From positions 124,001 through 188,000 of the forward strand of contig NZ_SBIV01000002.1 of the NCBI RefSeq assembly GCF_004765795.1: a stretch of DNA of 64,000 nucleotides. Reading direction: 5' to 3'. Source of the DNA: Halorussus marinus (GTDB lineage: Archaea > Halobacteriota > Halobacteria > Halobacteriales > Haladaptataceae). Made by a program: the position numbers and the translations under genes. Below the pieces are notes generated by a model that saw only the letters and a list, made by a program, of their open reading frames with translations, was not told where the DNA came from and ran no database searches. Positions 18,985 to 30,046 of the stretch are shown here, piece by piece; positions within the stretch are counted from its first letter, which is position 1, and every line of letters begins with the position of its first letter.

Positions 18985-19596
18985 CTACTCAGACGGCACC
19001 TGAACCAACGCGGGATTCACCTGCCGACCCACCCACAGGAGACTCCCGACCAGCAACACCACCGCGGCGGGGACGAGCCACTGAAAGACGGTCACGACGG
19101 CAGTGGAGGCCTGAATTCCGAAGACGATGAGGACGATCGGCCCACAGCAGGCCGCCCCGGACGCCAGCGCCGGAACGCCGGCCAGCAGTCCCGAGGTCGA
19201 CGAGCCGATGCCACAGGCGGTCGGCTGGGTCCACGCGAGGTACGTCACGGCGAGATTGAGCCCGACGAGCACGGCGACCCCGAGCCCGACGACGGTGTTC
19301 AGCGAGAACAGATAGGTGGCGACCCCGAACTCGACGAGCGCGACCGGTTCGAACGAGAGAGCGCCGTTGGCCGGACGGAAGAGCTTCCCCATCGGGTCCG
19401 AGGCGACGAGGACTCCCACGTCGGTGCGCCCGAACGTCAGGAGATCGCCGAGCCAGAGGTACGCCACCAGATAGAGCGCCGTGACGCCGCCGAACACCGC
19501 GAATCCGTCGCGTCGGCCGAGGGCGGCGACGACCGCGTACCGAGTCCGGGAGACGGTCCGACGAATCGCCCCGCGCTCGCCGGTGTCGGTCGCCAT
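18985..19596 (-). CDS. Multi-pass membrane protein with CC motif, coupled to DUF3179
   Basis: Start MATDTGE overlaps the DUF3179 stop (TGATG); TM segments; GAACCGP. Confidence 0.75.
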   Translation of the reverse strand: MATDTGERGAIRRTVSRTRYAVVAALGRRDGFAVFGGVTALYLVAYLWLGDLLTFGRTDVGVLVASDPMGKLFRPANGALSFEPVALVEFGVATYLFSLNTVVGLGVAVLVGLNLAVTYLAWTQPTACGIGSSTSGLLAGVPALASGAACCGPIVLIVFGIQASTAVVTVFQWLVPAAVVLLVGSLLWVGRQVNPALVQVPSE

Positions 19597-20705
19597 CAGC
19601 CCACCACCGCCGTGCTCGGGTAGAACCCAGACCACGCGAACCACATGGCGTCGAACGCGTACGCTCGGTCCAGCGGGAGCGCCGCCGGATCGTGGGCGGT
19701 GGCGTCGCCGGCGATCGCCCGCCCGTCCTCGTAGTCGAACGACGCGCCGTCCGGGTTCCGGTACACGTAGCCCGTCTCGAGTTCGGAGTCGTAGACCGCC
19801 AGATGCGGAGTGTCGCCCGCCGTCCCCGACAGGAGGCGGTCCTCGCGGAGCGCGTCCGCCTCGAACGCGATCCGCCCCTCGTCGGTCCGAGCGCCGATCA
19901 CGACGCGCTTGGCCGGGAACGTGTCGTCGTCGCCGAGCGCCGGGAACAGCGTCGAGTCCCGGTCGTAGTAGCCGCCCCGATTCGGGACGTAGGTGCCGTA
20001 CGGATCGGTCCCGTAGTCCCGGACGTGACCGGTCTCCTCGGTGAGGACCGCCGTCTCGGGGACGGCCGCCTTCCACCGGCCCCACCGAGTCCAGACCAGT
20101 CGGAACTCCCGGAGGGATTCGCCCTCGAGTGGGCCCGAGATAGCGGTGCCGAGGATCTGGGGCCACCGGCTGTCGGTCTCGCGGTCGTACATGATCAGGT
20201 TGTTGTTGACCAGATCGCCCGAGACGCCGAACTCAGTCTCGCCCCGGCGAAACCCCATCGCGGTGCCGGTCAGCGGGCAGTAGGTTATCGCCACCGGCTC
20301 GCCGCCGATCGCGTCGTTCGCGACCTCGTGGTGGACCAAAATTCGGCGGGGATAGGCCTTCGCCTCGCCGTTTCGAACGACACCGAACACAACTGCCCTG
20401 TCGTCGAGGTCCGCGTCGGCCGCCTCGGCCGGCCGGAACGTCGGCTCGTCGATCGACGGGATGCCGTCTTTCGGCGGGCCGCCGTTCTGGATCTCGCTCC
20501 GGAGCGCGTCGAACTCGTGCTCGACCGGGAGCGTCGACCGGGCGAGCGGAATCCCGGCCTCGACCCGGCTCGCGGTCGGCGACGCGGTGCCCGCTGTCGT
20601 CGATTCGGCCGCGTCGTCGACCGACGGACCGGCGCTGGTACACCCCGCGAGCGAGACCGCCGCCGCGACCGCCCCGAGAAACCGCCGCCGTGAAGTCGGA
20701 GTCAT
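19596..20705 (-). CDS. DUF3179-domain Tat lipoprotein
   Basis: SRRRFL...LAGC signal; GGPPKDGIPSID, HEVAND, TYCPLTG, FGVSG.L.NNNLIMYDRETDS.WPQ. Confidence 0.88.
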   Translation of the reverse strand: MTPTSRRRFLGAVAAAVSLAGCTSAGPSVDDAAESTTAGTASPTASRVEAGIPLARSTLPVEHEFDALRSEIQNGGPPKDGIPSIDEPTFRPAEAADADLDDRAVVFGVVRNGEAKAYPRRILVHHEVANDAIGGEPVAITYCPLTGTAMGFRRGETEFGVSGDLVNNNLIMYDRETDSRWPQILGTAISGPLEGESLREFRLVWTRWGRWKAAVPETAVLTEETGHVRDYGTDPYGTYVPNRGGYYDRDSTLFPALGDDDTFPAKRVVIGARTDEGRIAFEADALREDRLLSGTAGDTPHLAVYDSELETGYVYRNPDGASFDYEDGRAIAGDATAHDPAALPLDRAYAFDAMWFAWSGFYPSTAVVG

Positions 20706-20896
20706 GCCCGCCGGTAGCCCCCGAGTATAGTTAACGCTTCTACGACTGTGGCGTCGGGACGCACACCCGCCGGTATCCCGGCACGGCGCCCCCGAGACCA
20801 CAGCCACAAACGCCAAACCGGAGAGTCTCGATTACACCCTGCGGGTCGTTCGCAGTCCGTCGCGGGCGTTCGAGAACCTACGGAGGCACACATTCG

Positions 20897-21637
20897 ATGA
20901 CGACACCATCACGAGACACGGAGCGTACTCGGCGAGCGTCCAGTTCCGACAGATCCGACCGCCCGATCGCCGACCGGGCCAAGCGCGCCGCGTCGGCCGC
21001 CGTCGGCGGCGCGCTCGTCGTCGGCGGTCTGCGGCGCCGCTCGCTCTCGGGAGCGGGGGCGGCGCTGGTCGGCGGCTGGCTGATGTCCCGAGCCCTCGGG
21101 TCCCGACCCGACCCGGACGGGCAAGACGTCCCCACCCGACCGACCGGCCCGGTGACGTTCAGCCGGTCGAAGACCGTCGGCGCGTCCGCCGACGAGTGCT
21201 ACGAGACCTGGCGGGATCCCGATCAGCTCTCCCGGATCATGGCGGAGTTCGCAGACGTGACCCGGTCGGGCGACGATCGCTTTCGGTGGACCGTCCACGG
21301 CCCGCTCGGCCGAGACGTCTCCTGGGAGACCCGGATCGCGGAGGCCGAACCGGGCGAAGTGCTCCGCTGGGAGACGCCGCCGGACGCGACGCTCCCCAAC
21401 GAGGGCGAGGTCCGCTTTCGGCCGGCGGCCGGCGACCGGGGGACGGTCGTGACGCTGTCGCTCAGCTTCGACCCGCCGGGCGGCGCGGTCGGTGGGACCG
21501 CGCTCGATCGGCTCGGTGTCGTCCCCGAGACCCTCGCGGGCGAGGCGCTGGGGCGGTTCAAGAGCCTCGTCGAGAGCGGCGAGATTCCGACGACGGAGGC
21601 GAACCCGTCGGCCCGCGGGAGCGGGGATCTGATATGA
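20897..21637 (+). CDS. SRPBCC (START/cyclase-dehydrase) family protein
   Basis: WETRIAEAEPGEVLRWE, GEVRFRPAAGDRGT, RFKSLVESGEIPT. Confidence 0.85.
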   Translation: MTTPSRDTERTRRASSSDRSDRPIADRAKRAASAAVGGALVVGGLRRRSLSGAGAALVGGWLMSRALGSRPDPDGQDVPTRPTGPVTFSRSKTVGASADECYETWRDPDQLSRIMAEFADVTRSGDDRFRWTVHGPLGRDVSWETRIAEAEPGEVLRWETPPDATLPNEGEVRFRPAAGDRGTVVTLSLSFDPPGGAVGGTALDRLGVVPETLAGEALGRFKSLVESGEIPTTEANPSARGSGDLI

Positions 21638-21650
21638 GAGGTGATCGCAC

Positions 21651-22820
21651 ATGAGAGCACTCACTTGGCACGGCGAACAGGACGTTCGGGTCGAGGAAGT
21701 CCCCAGACCCGAGATCGTGAATCCGACCGACGCGATCGTCGAGGTCACGGCCACCGCCATCTGTGGCTCGGACCTCCACCTCTACAACGGCCGGATGCCG
21801 ACGATGCGCGAGGGCGACGTCCTCGGCCACGAACCGATGGGCGAGGTGGTCGAGGTCGGGACCGACGTCGAGACCCTCGCGGAGGGCGACCGGGTCGTGG
21901 TCCCGTTCACGATCAGCTGTGGCTCGTGTTGGTTCTGCGAGAACGACATGTACTCGCTGTGTGACAACTCGAACCCGAACGCCGAGCTCGCCCGGGAGAT
22001 GATGGGCCAGTCGCCCGCGGGGCTGTTTGGCTACTCGCACCTGCTCGGGGGCTACGCCGGCGGGCAGGCGGAGTACCTGCGGGTGCCCTACGCCGACGTG
22101 GGGCCGGTGAAAGTCGACTCCGAGTTGCCCGACGAGCAGGTGTTGTTTCTCTCGGACGTCTTCCCGACCGGCTACATGGCCGCCGAGAACGCCGAGATCG
22201 AGGACGAGGACACGGTCGCGGTCTGGGGGTGTGGACCGGTCGGACAGTTCGCGATCCAGAGCGCCGAACTGCTCGGCGCCGACCGCGTGATCGCGATCGA
22301 CCGGGTCCCCGAACGCCTGGAGATGGCCCGGGAGTACGGCGGCGCCGAGACCATCCACTACGAGGACGAGGACGTCTACGACCGGCTGATGGAGATGACC
22401 GGCGACCGCGGGCCCGACCGGTGTATCGACGCGGTCGGGACCGACGCCCACGGCACGGGACTCGCCGCGGCGTCGGACCGGGCGAAACAGAAGGCGAAGT
22501 TAGAGGACGACCGCCCGTACGTGCTCCGGGAGGCGATCCGGTGCTGTCGGAAGGGCGGGACCCTCTCAGTCCCGGGCGTCTACGTCGGGCGGGTGGACAA
22601 CCTCCCGTTCGGGGCGGCGATGAACAAGGCGCTGACCATAAACACGGGCCAGACGCACGTCCAGCGCTACCTCGACCCGCTGTTGGAGACGATCGAGTCG
22701 GGCGAGATCGACCCCTCGTTCGTCGTCACCCACCGGGCGGATCTGGCGGACGGGCCGGAGCTCTACGAGACGTTCAACGACAAGGACGACGACTGCATCA
22801 AGGTGATACTGGAGCCGTAG
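21651..22820 (+). CDS. Zinc-dependent alcohol/formaldehyde dehydrogenase (MDR family)
   Basis: ICGSDLH, GHE, CGSCWFC, GCGPVG. Confidence 0.9.
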   Translation: MRALTWHGEQDVRVEEVPRPEIVNPTDAIVEVTATAICGSDLHLYNGRMPTMREGDVLGHEPMGEVVEVGTDVETLAEGDRVVVPFTISCGSCWFCENDMYSLCDNSNPNAELAREMMGQSPAGLFGYSHLLGGYAGGQAEYLRVPYADVGPVKVDSELPDEQVLFLSDVFPTGYMAAENAEIEDEDTVAVWGCGPVGQFAIQSAELLGADRVIAIDRVPERLEMAREYGGAETIHYEDEDVYDRLMEMTGDRGPDRCIDAVGTDAHGTGLAAASDRAKQKAKLEDDRPYVLREAIRCCRKGGTLSVPGVYVGRVDNLPFGAAMNKALTINTGQTHVQRYLDPLLETIESGEIDPSFVVTHRADLADGPELYETFNDKDDDCIKVILEP

Positions 22821-22866
22821 GGGCGGCGGGAGCGAGTCCGGGCGCGCCGCGAGCGCCGCCGGGCCC

Positions 22867-23409
<543 letters not shown>

Positions 23410-23508
23410 GGGCGATCGTAGGGGCCCCGAACGGTTAGGTCTGCGGGAAACGGAAGGCGACGACTCGGCCCGGGTCGTCGGCGGACCGAGGCCGCGGCCG
23501 CCCGACCG

Positions 23509-24162
23509 CTACAACACGTCGAGGACCACGACCGAGAGGTAGAGCTGGCCGAGCCCCGCGAGGATCATCACCACCGCGGCCGCCCGTTCGAGCGTCCCGG
23601 CGTACCGGCCGAGGTCTCGCCACGCCTCGACGCCCGCGCTCGCGAGGAGAGTGACCCCGACCAGCGGCGCGGCGACCGCGCCGGCGTAGGCGCCGAGGAC
23701 CGCGACGCCCCGGACCGGCGGGAACGCGAGCGCCTGCGTGACCACCCCGAGGAAAAGCGGCGCGACACAGCCGGCGGCCGCGACGGCGTACGCCGCGCCG
23801 AAGGCTCCAAAGCCCGCGACCGACTCGGGGCGCGCCGGGAGCGCGACCCGGAGGTCGGGCGCGCGGCCGGTCAGCGTCAGGGCGCCGAACGCGACGAGGC
23901 CGACGCCGACGACGGGTTCGAACAGCGGCAGGAGCGTCGTGACGGTCCGACCGAGCGCGAACGCGAGCGCCGCGACCGCCGCGAGCGAGACCAGCGCGCC
24001 GGACGCGGCGGCGGCCGCCGCGGCGACCGCCGACTCGTCGCCGCTCTCGTTGACGTAGTAGCCGACGTACCCCGGAAGGAGCGGGAACGCGCACGGCGCG
24101 AAGAACGTCGTCACGCCCGTGCCGGCGGCGAACGCGAGTGCGCCGACGAACCCCGAGGTCAT
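23509..24162 (-). CDS. ccdA: CcdA/DsbD-like membrane electron transporter
   Basis: FAPCAFPLLPGY and AAGCVAP Cys motifs; about 6 TM helices. Confidence 0.82.
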   Translation of the reverse strand: MTSGFVGALAFAAGTGVTTFFAPCAFPLLPGYVGYYVNESGDESAVAAAAAAASGALVSLAAVAALAFALGRTVTTLLPLFEPVVGVGLVAFGALTLTGRAPDLRVALPARPESVAGFGAFGAAYAVAAAGCVAPLFLGVVTQALAFPPVRGVAVLGAYAGAVAAPLVGVTLLASAGVEAWRDLGRYAGTLERAAAVVMILAGLGQLYLSVVVLDVL

Positions 24163-24683
24163 GGCGTCGCGAGCGCGTCGTCGACCGCCCCGCGAAGGTC
24201 GGTCGCGTCCGTGAGGCCGGAGTCGGACCACCGGACCGCGCCCTCGGCGTCGAACACCGCGACGTACGGGAGGCCGCTCGCGCCGAGCGCGGACATGAGT
24301 TCGCTGTCCGGGTCGAGGCCGAGCGCCCACGCGCCGTCGTTCTCGCGCCACCACTCGCGCAGGTCCTCGCGCGAGAGCGACCCGCCGAGTCGCTCGTTGG
24401 TGACCGAGATCATCGCCACCTCCTCGCCGTACGACTCCCGGACGGTCGCGAGGGCATCCATCTGCTCTTTGCAGGGACTACACCACGTCGCGAAGAGGTC
24501 GACGACCGTCACGGCGTCCGCGGCGGGGACGCGGCGTTCGCCCGCCTCCGACCCGGGGGCGTCCATCGTCGTCACTTCGATCGGGAGTCCCGAACCTGAC
24601 GCGGCGTCGTTGCGAACCGCCCACGCGCTCGCGCCCGTCAGGCCGAGTCCCCCGAGCGCGAGCAGGACGCGTCGGCGGTTCAT
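24159..24683 (-). CDS. TlpA-like exported thioredoxin
   Basis: Tat-like RRR signal, FATWCSPC, GLP cis-Pro motif. Confidence 0.85.
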   Translation of the reverse strand: MNRRRVLLALGGLGLTGASAWAVRNDAASGSGLPIEVTTMDAPGSEAGERRVPAADAVTVVDLFATWCSPCKEQMDALATVRESYGEEVAMISVTNERLGGSLSREDLREWWRENDGAWALGLDPDSELMSALGASGLPYVAVFDAEGAVRWSDSGLTDATDLRGAVDDALATP

Positions 24684-25345
24684 GACCGGACGGTTTCGAG
24701 GTCCGACAGTATCCGCTCGGCGTCGGGCGAGTCGGTCCGGTACGCCCGTTCGACGTACCCATCGGCGTTCACGAGCAGGGTCAGGGCCGTGTGGGTGAAC
24801 ATGTACATGTCCATGTCCTCGGGCTCGGTCCGCTCGAACATCACGCCGAACTGCTCTTGGACGACCTGCGTGGCTCGGTCTTCGGACGCCGGCCGGAGGA
24901 ACGCCCAGTTGTCGGCGTCGGTCGCGACGTTCATCTCGTCGGCGTACGTCCGGAGGCGGTCGGCGTCGTCGCGGGCCGGGTCGAACGTGGTCGGGAAGAA
25001 CGCCACCTCGTCGGCGTAGCCCTCGTTCAGCGTGTGGGTGTGGACGTTGCGCATCGTCGACAACAGCACCGGACACACCGTGTTGCAGTGGCTGTAGAAG
25101 AAAGTCAGGACGCTCGGTCTGTCGATCGCGCGGAGTTCGACCGTGCGGTCGTCGAGCGGCGCGGGGAGCGCCACGTCCGGTATCCGTTGGCCCCACGCCG
25201 GGTAGGGCGCGTCCTCGCTGTCGAACTCCCGGTCGGGTTCGCCGAGCGCGACGTTCGGGTTCGAGTCGAGGACGCTCGCACACCCCGCCGTCCCGCCCGC
25301 GAGGCCGACGGCGGCCGCGGTTCGGAGGTACTCTCGCCGGTCCAT
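24680..25345 (-). CDS. SCO1/SenC copper-chaperone lipoprotein
   Basis: DRREYL...TAGC lipobox, CNTVC, FDPARD, conserved His in FTHT. Confidence 0.88.
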   Translation of the reverse strand: MDRREYLRTAAAVGLAGGTAGCASVLDSNPNVALGEPDREFDSEDAPYPAWGQRIPDVALPAPLDDRTVELRAIDRPSVLTFFYSHCNTVCPVLLSTMRNVHTHTLNEGYADEVAFFPTTFDPARDDADRLRTYADEMNVATDADNWAFLRPASEDRATQVVQEQFGVMFERTEPEDMDMYMFTHTALTLLVNADGYVERAYRTDSPDAERILSDLETVRS

Positions 25346-25408
25346 ACTCCCGGGTAGCCGTCGCGCCCTGAAAGGTAGTCTGGTGCGATTCTCGAAAACC
25401 CGCGACGG

Positions 25409-26035
25409 TCAGCAGAGCGGCTTCGGGTCCAGCCCCATCCCGGTCAGCGTCTCGGCGTAGTCGTCGTACGCGACCTCGACGACCGACTCGGCGACCGCCA
25501 GCGCCCGGTCCCAGTCGCCCTCCTCACACCGGGCCGCGAGGAGGTCCGCGCCCGTCTCGACGCCGGCTTTCGTGTCGGCGCGCAGTTCCCGGAAGAGGTC
25601 GGCCCGGCGCTCGTCGGCCTCGTTGACGAAGAAGTTCACGACCTGCAGTTGGGTCCGGTCGCCGACGAGCGACCGACCCACCAGCCCCGCGGCGCGCTCG
25701 GCGGTGGTCTCCAGGTCCCGGAGTCGCTCGTGCATCGGGTCGAGACCGTCGGCGTGCTCGGCGTCTTCGAGTTCGGCGACGACCCGATCGTAGTGGTCGC
25801 GCTCCCGGTCGGCAAGCTCCGCGAACGTCCGGCTCGCGGCCTCGTCGGTCTCGGCCTCGGCCCACGCGGCGAACGTCTCGGCGGCGGTGCGCTCGCTCCG
25901 GGCGGCCGCCCGGAGGACCGACTCGGCGTCGAGGTCGGCGTCGGTGAGCGCCACCACCGCCTGCTGGGAGCCGAGCCGGTCGAGTTCGGTCGCCGTTCTG
26001 GCTTCGATCTCCTCGGGAAACGCGGCGGCGTCCAT
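25409..26035 (-). CDS. Ferritin-like/rubrerythrin-family protein
   Basis: ERTAAETF...ERDHY helical di-iron-type motifs, LDRLGS N-terminus. Confidence 0.7.
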   Translation of the reverse strand: MDAAAFPEEIEARTATELDRLGSQQAVVALTDADLDAESVLRAAARSERTAAETFAAWAEAETDEAASRTFAELADRERDHYDRVVAELEDAEHADGLDPMHERLRDLETTAERAAGLVGRSLVGDRTQLQVVNFFVNEADERRADLFRELRADTKAGVETGADLLAARCEEGDWDRALAVAESVVEVAYDDYAETLTGMGLDPKPLC

Positions 26036-26146
26036 GCCCGACCGTACGGGGCCGGCTCGGATGAAGGTTTGCGCGCCCAAAGCAGACAGTTATCTGATAC
26101 GTGTCTGACGTGCGTTTTATGGTCCTACCGTGGGGGTTGGGACATA

Positions 26147-26440
26147 ATGAGCGACGCCGAACAGCGAGTCGAAGAACTCGAATCGAAGGTCGAACGCCTC
26201 GAAGCCACGATCCAGGGGCTGACCGAGGAGCTCGTGGAAGTAAACCAGCGGCTCGAAACCCTCGAAGAGGACGCCGAGTCGACGAGTCAGCCGCCGGCCC
26301 GAGCCGGCGGCGAGTCGGACGCGACGCGGGCCGAGCCCGACGAAACGCCCGAAAGCGACGACGCTAAAGGCGACGAGTCCCAGACTGAAGACGAGACGGA
26401 GGACGACTCCGGGTTGGGCGACGACATCATCGTCGCGTAA
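26147..26440 (+). CDS. Small coiled-coil protein with acidic tail, upstream of smc
   Basis: MSDAEQRVEELESKVERLEATIQGLTEELVE heptads; ends GDDIIVA; 24 nt before smc. Confidence 0.8.
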   Translation: MSDAEQRVEELESKVERLEATIQGLTEELVEVNQRLETLEEDAESTSQPPARAGGESDATRAEPDETPESDDAKGDESQTEDETEDDSGLGDDIIVA

Positions 26441-26464
26441 CGCGGTCCCTCCCACGAGCAACCC

Positions 26465-29400
26465 ATGCACATCAAAGCGCTCGTCTTGGACAACTTCAAG
26501 AGCTTCGGGCGGAAGACCGAGATCCCGTTTTACGAGGATTTCACGACAGTTAGCGGTCCGAACGGCTCCGGGAAGAGCAACATCATCGACAGCATCCTGT
26601 TCGCGCTCGGACTCGCTCGAACGCGGGGCATCCGAGCGGAGAAGCTCACCGACCTCATCTACAACCCCGGCCACGCCGATGGGGCCGCCGAACGCGAGGG
26701 CGCCCGCGAGGCCAGCGTCGAGGTCGTGCTCGACAACGCGGACGGGACGCTCGACCGGGCGCAGGTCGTGAACGCCGCCGGAACCGAGAGCGTCGGCGAC
26801 GTCGACGAGATCACCATCAAGCGCCGGGTCAAAGAGACCGACGACAACTACTACTCGTACTACTACCTCAACGGCCGGTCGGTCAACCTCTCGGACATCC
26901 AAGACCTGCTGGCCCAAGCCGGCGTCACGCCCGAGGGGTACAACGTCGTCATGCAGGGCGACGTGACCGAAATCATCAACATGACCCCGTACGAGCGCCG
27001 CGAGATCATCGACGAGATCGCGGGGGTCGCGGAGTTCGACGCCAAGAAAGAAGACGCCCTCGACGAGCTGGAGGTCGTCAAAGAGCGCATCGACGAGGCC
27101 GAACTCCGAATCGAGGAGAAACGCGACCGGCTCGAACAGCTCGAAGACGAGCGCGAGACCGCCCTCGAATACCAGGGGCTCCGCGACGAGAAAGAGGAGT
27201 ACGAGGGGTTCGTCCGGGCGGCGGAACTCGAAGAGAAGCGCGAGGACCTCGCCCACACCCGCGAGGACATCGAGCAACGGGAGGCCGAGCTCGCCGAACG
27301 CCAGGCCGAGCTCGACGAAAAGCAGGGGACGGTCATCCGGCTCGAAGACGAGCTGGAGGAGCTCAACGCCGAGATCGAGCGGAAGGGCGAGGACGAACAG
27401 CTCGAGATCAAAAGCGAGATCGAGGAGGTCAAAGGCGAGATCTCGCGGCTCGAAGACGCGATCGAGACCGCCGAAGAGAAGATCGCCGACGCGGAGGACA
27501 CCCGCCGGCAGGCGTTCGTGGAGATCGACCGCAAGCAGGAGACCGTCGACGACCTCAAAGCCGACATCCGGGACATCAAGATCGAGAAGTCCTCGGTGAA
27601 AGCCGACGTCCAGCAGAAGGAGGCCGAGCTCGCGGAGATCGAGGCCGAGATCGACGCCGTCGACACCGAGTACGACGAGGTCAAAGCCGAGCTCGCCGAG
27701 AAGAAAGACCGGCTGGAGGCCGAGAAAAGCGAGAAAAACGACCTCCAGCGCGAGAAAGACCGCCTGCTCGACGAGGCCCGGCGGCGCTCGAACGCCGAGA
27801 GCGAGAAGGAGGCCGAGCTCGACGAGGCCCGCGAGCGGATCCCGGCGCTCGAATCGAAGCTCGACGACCTCGAAGACGAGCTCGCGAAGGCCGAGCGCAA
27901 CCGCGCCCAGATCGACGACGTGGTCGCGGACCTCAAACAGGAGAAACGCGAGCTTCAGGACGACCTCGACGAGGTCGAAGACCGGCTCCAGGCCGAACAA
28001 AGCGAGTACGCCCAGCTCGAGGCGAAAGCCGACGAGAGCGGCGACTCCTCGTACGGCCGGGCGGTCTCGACGATCCTGAACGCGGACAAACCCGGCGTCC
28101 ACGGCACGGTCGCCCAGCTCGGGAGCGTCGCCGAGCAGTACGCCACCGCGGCCGAGACGGCCGCCGGCGGCCGGATGGCGCAGGTGGTCGTCGACGACGA
28201 CGGCGTCGGCCAAGAGTGCATCGAGTACCTGAAGTCCCGGAACGCCGGCCGGGCGACGTTCCTGCCGATGACCGAGATGCACGACCGGACCCTCCCGTCG
28301 GCGCCGTCGGCGCCCGGCGTGGTCGACTTCGCGTACAACCTCCTCGACTTCGACGCGGAGTACTCGGGGATCTTCTCGTACGTGCTCGGGGACACGCTCG
28401 TCGTCGAGAACATGGAGACCGCCCGGGACTTCATGGGCGACTACCGGCTGGTGACCCTCTCGGGCGAACTAGTCGAGAAGAGCGGCGCGATGACCGGCGG
28501 CTCGAAGTCGGGGTCCCGGTACTCGTTCTCGACGTCCGGGAAGGGCCAGCTCGAACGGGTCGCCCGCCGGATCAACGAGCTCGAAGACGAACGCCGGTCC
28601 ATCCGGGAGGACGTCCGGGACGTCGAGGAGCGACTCGACGACGCTCGCGACCGCAAGAGCGACGCCACCGATCAGGTGCGCTCGATCGAGTCCGACATCG
28701 AACGCACCGAGGGCGAAGTCGAGGCGGCCCGCGAGCGCATCGACGACCTCGAAGACGAGCTCGTCGCGATGGAGGCCGAGCGCGAGGCCGTCAACGAGCA
28801 GATGCAGGAGCTCGAAGACGACATCGACGACCGCGAGGCGGCCATCGCCGACCTCGAAGACGAGATCGCGACGCTCGAATCCGAACTGGCCGACTCGCGG
28901 ATTCCGGAGCTCACCGCGGAGGCCGAGGAGATCGAGACCGACATCGACGAACTCGAAGACCGAATCGACGATCTCGACGGCGAGCTCAACGAGCTCCAAC
29001 TGGAGAAAGAGTACGCCGAGGACGCGATCGAGGACCTCCACGACGACATCGAGGCCGCCCAGAACCGCAAGGCCGAGCAAGAAGAGCGGACCGCGGAGCT
29101 CGAAGCGAAGATCGAAGACCAACGGGCCCTGCTCGAACAGAAGCGCGAGGCCGTCGAGGAGCTCGAAGCCGAACTCGCCGAACTCAAAGACGAGCGGACC
29201 GAACTCAAAGACGAGCTTCGGGAGGCCCAGCGAGTCCGCGACGAGAAGCAGTCGGCGGTCGAGTCGGTCGAGAACCGCCTCGAAAGCCTCCGGCGGGCGG
29301 CCGACCGGCTCGAAGACGAGATCGCCGAGCTCCGCGAACAGGTCGGGGACTACGACGCCGACGAGATTCCCGACCTCGACGAGGTCGAGGAGAACATCTC

Positions 29401-30046
29401 GCGGCTCGAACGCCAGATGGAGGCTCTGGAGCCGGTCAACATGCTCGCGATCGAGGAGTACGACGACGTGAAGGCCGACCTCGACGACCTCGAAGAGCGC
29501 AAGGCGGTGCTGGTCGAGGAGCGCGACGGCATCCGCGAGCGCATCGACTCCTACGAGTCCCAGAAGAGAGCCACCTTCATGGAGGCCTTCGAGGCGATCG
29601 ACGACCAGTTTCAGGACATCTTCGAGCGGCTCTCGAACGGGACCGGCGACCTCCACCTCGAAGACGAGGCCGACCCCTTCGACGGCGGGCTCACGATGAA
29701 GGCCCAGCCGGGCGACAAGCCCATCCAGCGCCTCGACGCGATGTCGGGCGGCGAGAAGAGCCTCACCGCCCTCGCGTTCATCTTCGCGATCCAGCGGTAC
29801 AACCCCGCGCCGTTCTACGCCCTCGACGAGGTCGACGCGTTCCTCGACGCCGCCAACGCCGAGCGCGTCGGCGAGATGGTGGACGAACTCGCGGGCGAGG
29901 CCCAGTTCGTCGTGGTGAGCCACCGGTCGGCGATGATGGAGCGCTCCGAGCGCGCCATCGGCGTGACGATGCAGGGCGACAACGTCAGCACCGTCACCGG
30001 GATTCAGCTCGGCGACGGCGAAGAGGAGGTGCCCGCCGATGACTAG
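26465..30046 (+). CDS. smc: Chromosome segregation protein SMC
   Basis: Walker A GPNGSGKSN, hinge (GRATFLP, GAMTGG), signature MSGGEKS, Walker B LDEVD. Confidence 0.98.
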   Translation: MHIKALVLDNFKSFGRKTEIPFYEDFTTVSGPNGSGKSNIIDSILFALGLARTRGIRAEKLTDLIYNPGHADGAAEREGAREASVEVVLDNADGTLDRAQVVNAAGTESVGDVDEITIKRRVKETDDNYYSYYYLNGRSVNLSDIQDLLAQAGVTPEGYNVVMQGDVTEIINMTPYERREIIDEIAGVAEFDAKKEDALDELEVVKERIDEAELRIEEKRDRLEQLEDERETALEYQGLRDEKEEYEGFVRAAELEEKREDLAHTREDIEQREAELAERQAELDEKQGTVIRLEDELEELNAEIERKGEDEQLEIKSEIEEVKGEISRLEDAIETAEEKIADAEDTRRQAFVEIDRKQETVDDLKADIRDIKIEKSSVKADVQQKEAELAEIEAEIDAVDTEYDEVKAELAEKKDRLEAEKSEKNDLQREKDRLLDEARRRSNAESEKEAELDEARERIPALESKLDDLEDELAKAERNRAQIDDVVADLKQEKRELQDDLDEVEDRLQAEQSEYAQLEAKADESGDSSYGRAVSTILNADKPGVHGTVAQLGSVAEQYATAAETAAGGRMAQVVVDDDGVGQECIEYLKSRNAGRATFLPMTEMHDRTLPSAPSAPGVVDFAYNLLDFDAEYSGIFSYVLGDTLVVENMETARDFMGDYRLVTLSGELVEKSGAMTGGSKSGSRYSFSTSGKGQLERVARRINELEDERRSIREDVRDVEERLDDARDRKSDATDQVRSIESDIERTEGEVEAARERIDDLEDELVAMEAEREAVNEQMQELEDDIDDREAAIADLEDEIATLESELADSRIPELTAEAEEIETDIDELEDRIDDLDGELNELQLEKEYAEDAIEDLHDDIEAAQNRKAEQEERTAELEAKIEDQRALLEQKREAVEELEAELAELKDERTELKDELREAQRVRDEKQSAVESVENRLESLRRAADRLEDEIAELREQVGDYDADEIPDLDEVEENISRLERQMEALEPVNMLAIEEYDDVKADLDDLEERKAVLVEERDGIRERIDSYESQKRATFMEAFEAIDDQFQDIFERLSNGTGDLHLEDEADPFDGGLTMKAQPGDKPIQRLDAMSGGEKSLTALAFIFAIQRYNPAPFYALDEVDAFLDAANAERVGEMVDELAGEAQFVVVSHRSAMMERSERAIGVTMQGDNVSTVTGIQLGDGEEEVPADD

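Noticed and set aside
27000..29600. Recurrent CTCGAAGACGAG-type repeats in smc
   Set aside because: Explained by acidic coiled-coil heptads (LEDE) and codon bias.
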